Sequence record: NC_073052.1 | DNA length: 44,804 nucleotides | Reading direction: 5' to 3' (one strand) | Source: Escherichia phage JLBYU60 | Part shown: positions 43,608-44,804 of the stretch, piece by piece | Layout of the letters: every line of letters begins with the position of its first letter | Position numbering within the stretch: position 1 is the stretch's first letter | Made by a program: the position numbers and the translations under genes | Notes under the pieces: model-generated | Databases searched by the model: none | Seen by the model: the letters and a program-made list of their open reading frames with translations, nothing else | Told to the model about the DNA's origin: nothing

Positions 43608-44750
43608 ATGCACCCGCAAACTAAAATCACCGACGAGCAATTGATCGCCGAGTTGCAATCCGGCACTACCTCGAAAGATATTGCGAAGAAATACGGGATT
43701 GCCCTACGCAATGTTTATATGCGCAAAGCCCGCCTGTCGAAAAAAGGCATTGGACACGGCAACGATGCCGTAATACGCAAGCGCGTTGCCGATGGGTTTG
43801 GGGTTAAGCGCGTATCGGCCCTGGTGCGTGGCAATGGCGAAGAGGTCATGTCGTGGGTCATCACTGAGCAGGACAAAGAGCGCCAACTCGAAGCCATGCG
43901 CGCTGTTGTCGAGGGTATGAACAGCGAAATCACACCGGCAGCGCCAGTAAAAGCCCCGCCAGTACCGATCCAGGCGCTCGACTTGCTCAACCTGTACACC
44001 GTGTCAGACTTCCACCTGGGCATGTTGGCATGGGGCGAGGAGACTGGCGAAGACTGGGATATGGCGATCGCCGAAGACCTGTTCTACCGCTGGTTTGTCG
44101 AAGCCTTCGCACGCGCCCCGGACGCAGGCACTGCCGTAATTAATATCCTCGGTGATATGGTCCACTTTGATAGCCTTGATGCCGTCACACCGGCCAGCGG
44201 TCACGTACTGGACGCGGATACCCGCTACCAGAAGCTGGTCCGCTACATGATTCGCATGGTGCGCAACGTCGTCGAACTGGCGCTGCAAAAACACCACAAA
44301 GTCAAACTGCTAATCGTCCAGGGAAATCATGACGAGTCGGGTATGATTTGGCTGGCTGAGATGTTCAATACTCTGTACGAGAACGAGCCGCGCGTCGATG
44401 TGGATACGTCCCCGGACGTCTACAAAATGGTGCAGCACGGTAAGACCACGCTATTCTTCCACCACGGGCACAAAGCGCGATTCGATGCTATCGAGCAGGT
44501 TATGATTTCTAAATTCAGACAGGCTTTCGGATCCAGTGAGTACAGCTACGCGCACGTAGGCCACTTGCACCACCAGAAGATTGTAGAATCCCGCAACATG
44601 ATTGTTGAACAGCACCGGACGCTCGCAGCGAAAGACGCCTACGCCAGTCGTGGCGGTTGGATGTCCGGTCGCAGCGCAAACGTCATCACCTATAGCGCCA
44701 ACTACGGCGAAGTAGCGCGCTTAACCATTAGCCCGGAAATGTTGAAGTAA
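43608..44750 (+). CDS. HTH-domain fused metallophosphoesterase (calcineurin-like phosphatase/nuclease fold)
   Basis: 380 aa; N-terminal HTH-like TSKDIAKKYGIALRNVYMRKARL; metallophosphatase motifs GDMVHFD, GNHDE, HHGH, GHLHH. Confidence 0.75.
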   Translation: MHPQTKITDEQLIAELQSGTTSKDIAKKYGIALRNVYMRKARLSKKGIGHGNDAVIRKRVADGFGVKRVSALVRGNGEEVMSWVITEQDKERQLEAMRAVVEGMNSEITPAAPVKAPPVPIQALDLLNLYTVSDFHLGMLAWGEETGEDWDMAIAEDLFYRWFVEAFARAPDAGTAVINILGDMVHFDSLDAVTPASGHVLDADTRYQKLVRYMIRMVRNVVELALQKHHKVKLLIVQGNHDESGMIWLAEMFNTLYENEPRVDVDTSPDVYKMVQHGKTTLFFHHGHKARFDAIEQVMISKFRQAFGSSEYSYAHVGHLHHQKIVESRNMIVEQHRTLAAKDAYASRGGWMSGRSANVITYSANYGEVARLTISPEMLK

Positions 44751-44804
44751 CGGCAACCCATAAGCCTCCCAGCCTGCCGATTTGGTGGGCTTTTTTGTGC
44801 CTGT

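Noticed and set aside
44760-44804. Possible terminator at the window end (T-run after GGTGGGC)
   Set aside because: Could not build a convincing stem; window ends too soon to judge.
1-44804. Integrase/repressor lysogeny module and 7-deazaguanine (queuosine-like) DNA modification genes
   Set aside because: No tyrosine or serine recombinase motifs, CI-like repressor, or QueC/QueD/QueE/DpdA-like proteins were recognised among the ORFs; absence is by eye only and not definitive.

Overview
The window reads as a near-complete genome of a tailed dsDNA phage (siphovirus-type, enterobacterial-like composition), not a bacterial chromosome segment. The + strand carries a packaging–head–tail morphogenesis block (55–24049): small and large terminase, portal, head morphogenesis protein, scaffold, major capsid, connector and tail-completion proteins, major tail protein, tail assembly chaperone with a programmed -1 frameshift, tape measure, a lambda-like tail tip module (gpM/L/K/I/J homologues) and a side tail fibre with a C-terminal intramolecular chaperone domain. 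The - strand carries a DNA metabolism block (24076–36873): family A DNA polymerase, SNF2-like helicase, Dam-type and compact C5-type methyltransferase-like genes, HNH and VRR-NUC nucleases, a Cas4/RecB-like exonuclease with an SSB-like partner, and a HAD phosphatase. A + strand early region follows (37275–44750): HTH regulator, primase-helicase, small genes, a holin–holin–endolysin cassette and an HTH-metallophosphatase. No integrase or CI-like repressor was recognised, which suggests a virulent lifestyle, though this cannot be proven from the sequence alone. No single clearly novel system could be demonstrated. The most unusual candidates are: (1) two ~186-bp near-identical direct repeats rich in CGGGACA iterons, 28 kb apart; (2) a TTGGTTGC motif family concentrated in intergenic DNA; (3) a translationally coupled SNF2 helicase plus minimal C5-methyltransferase-like gene pair next to a Dam gene; (4) a spanin pair displaced ~37 kb from the lysis cassette. 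All calls rest on reading of motifs and gene order by eye; no database search or folding computation was possible.
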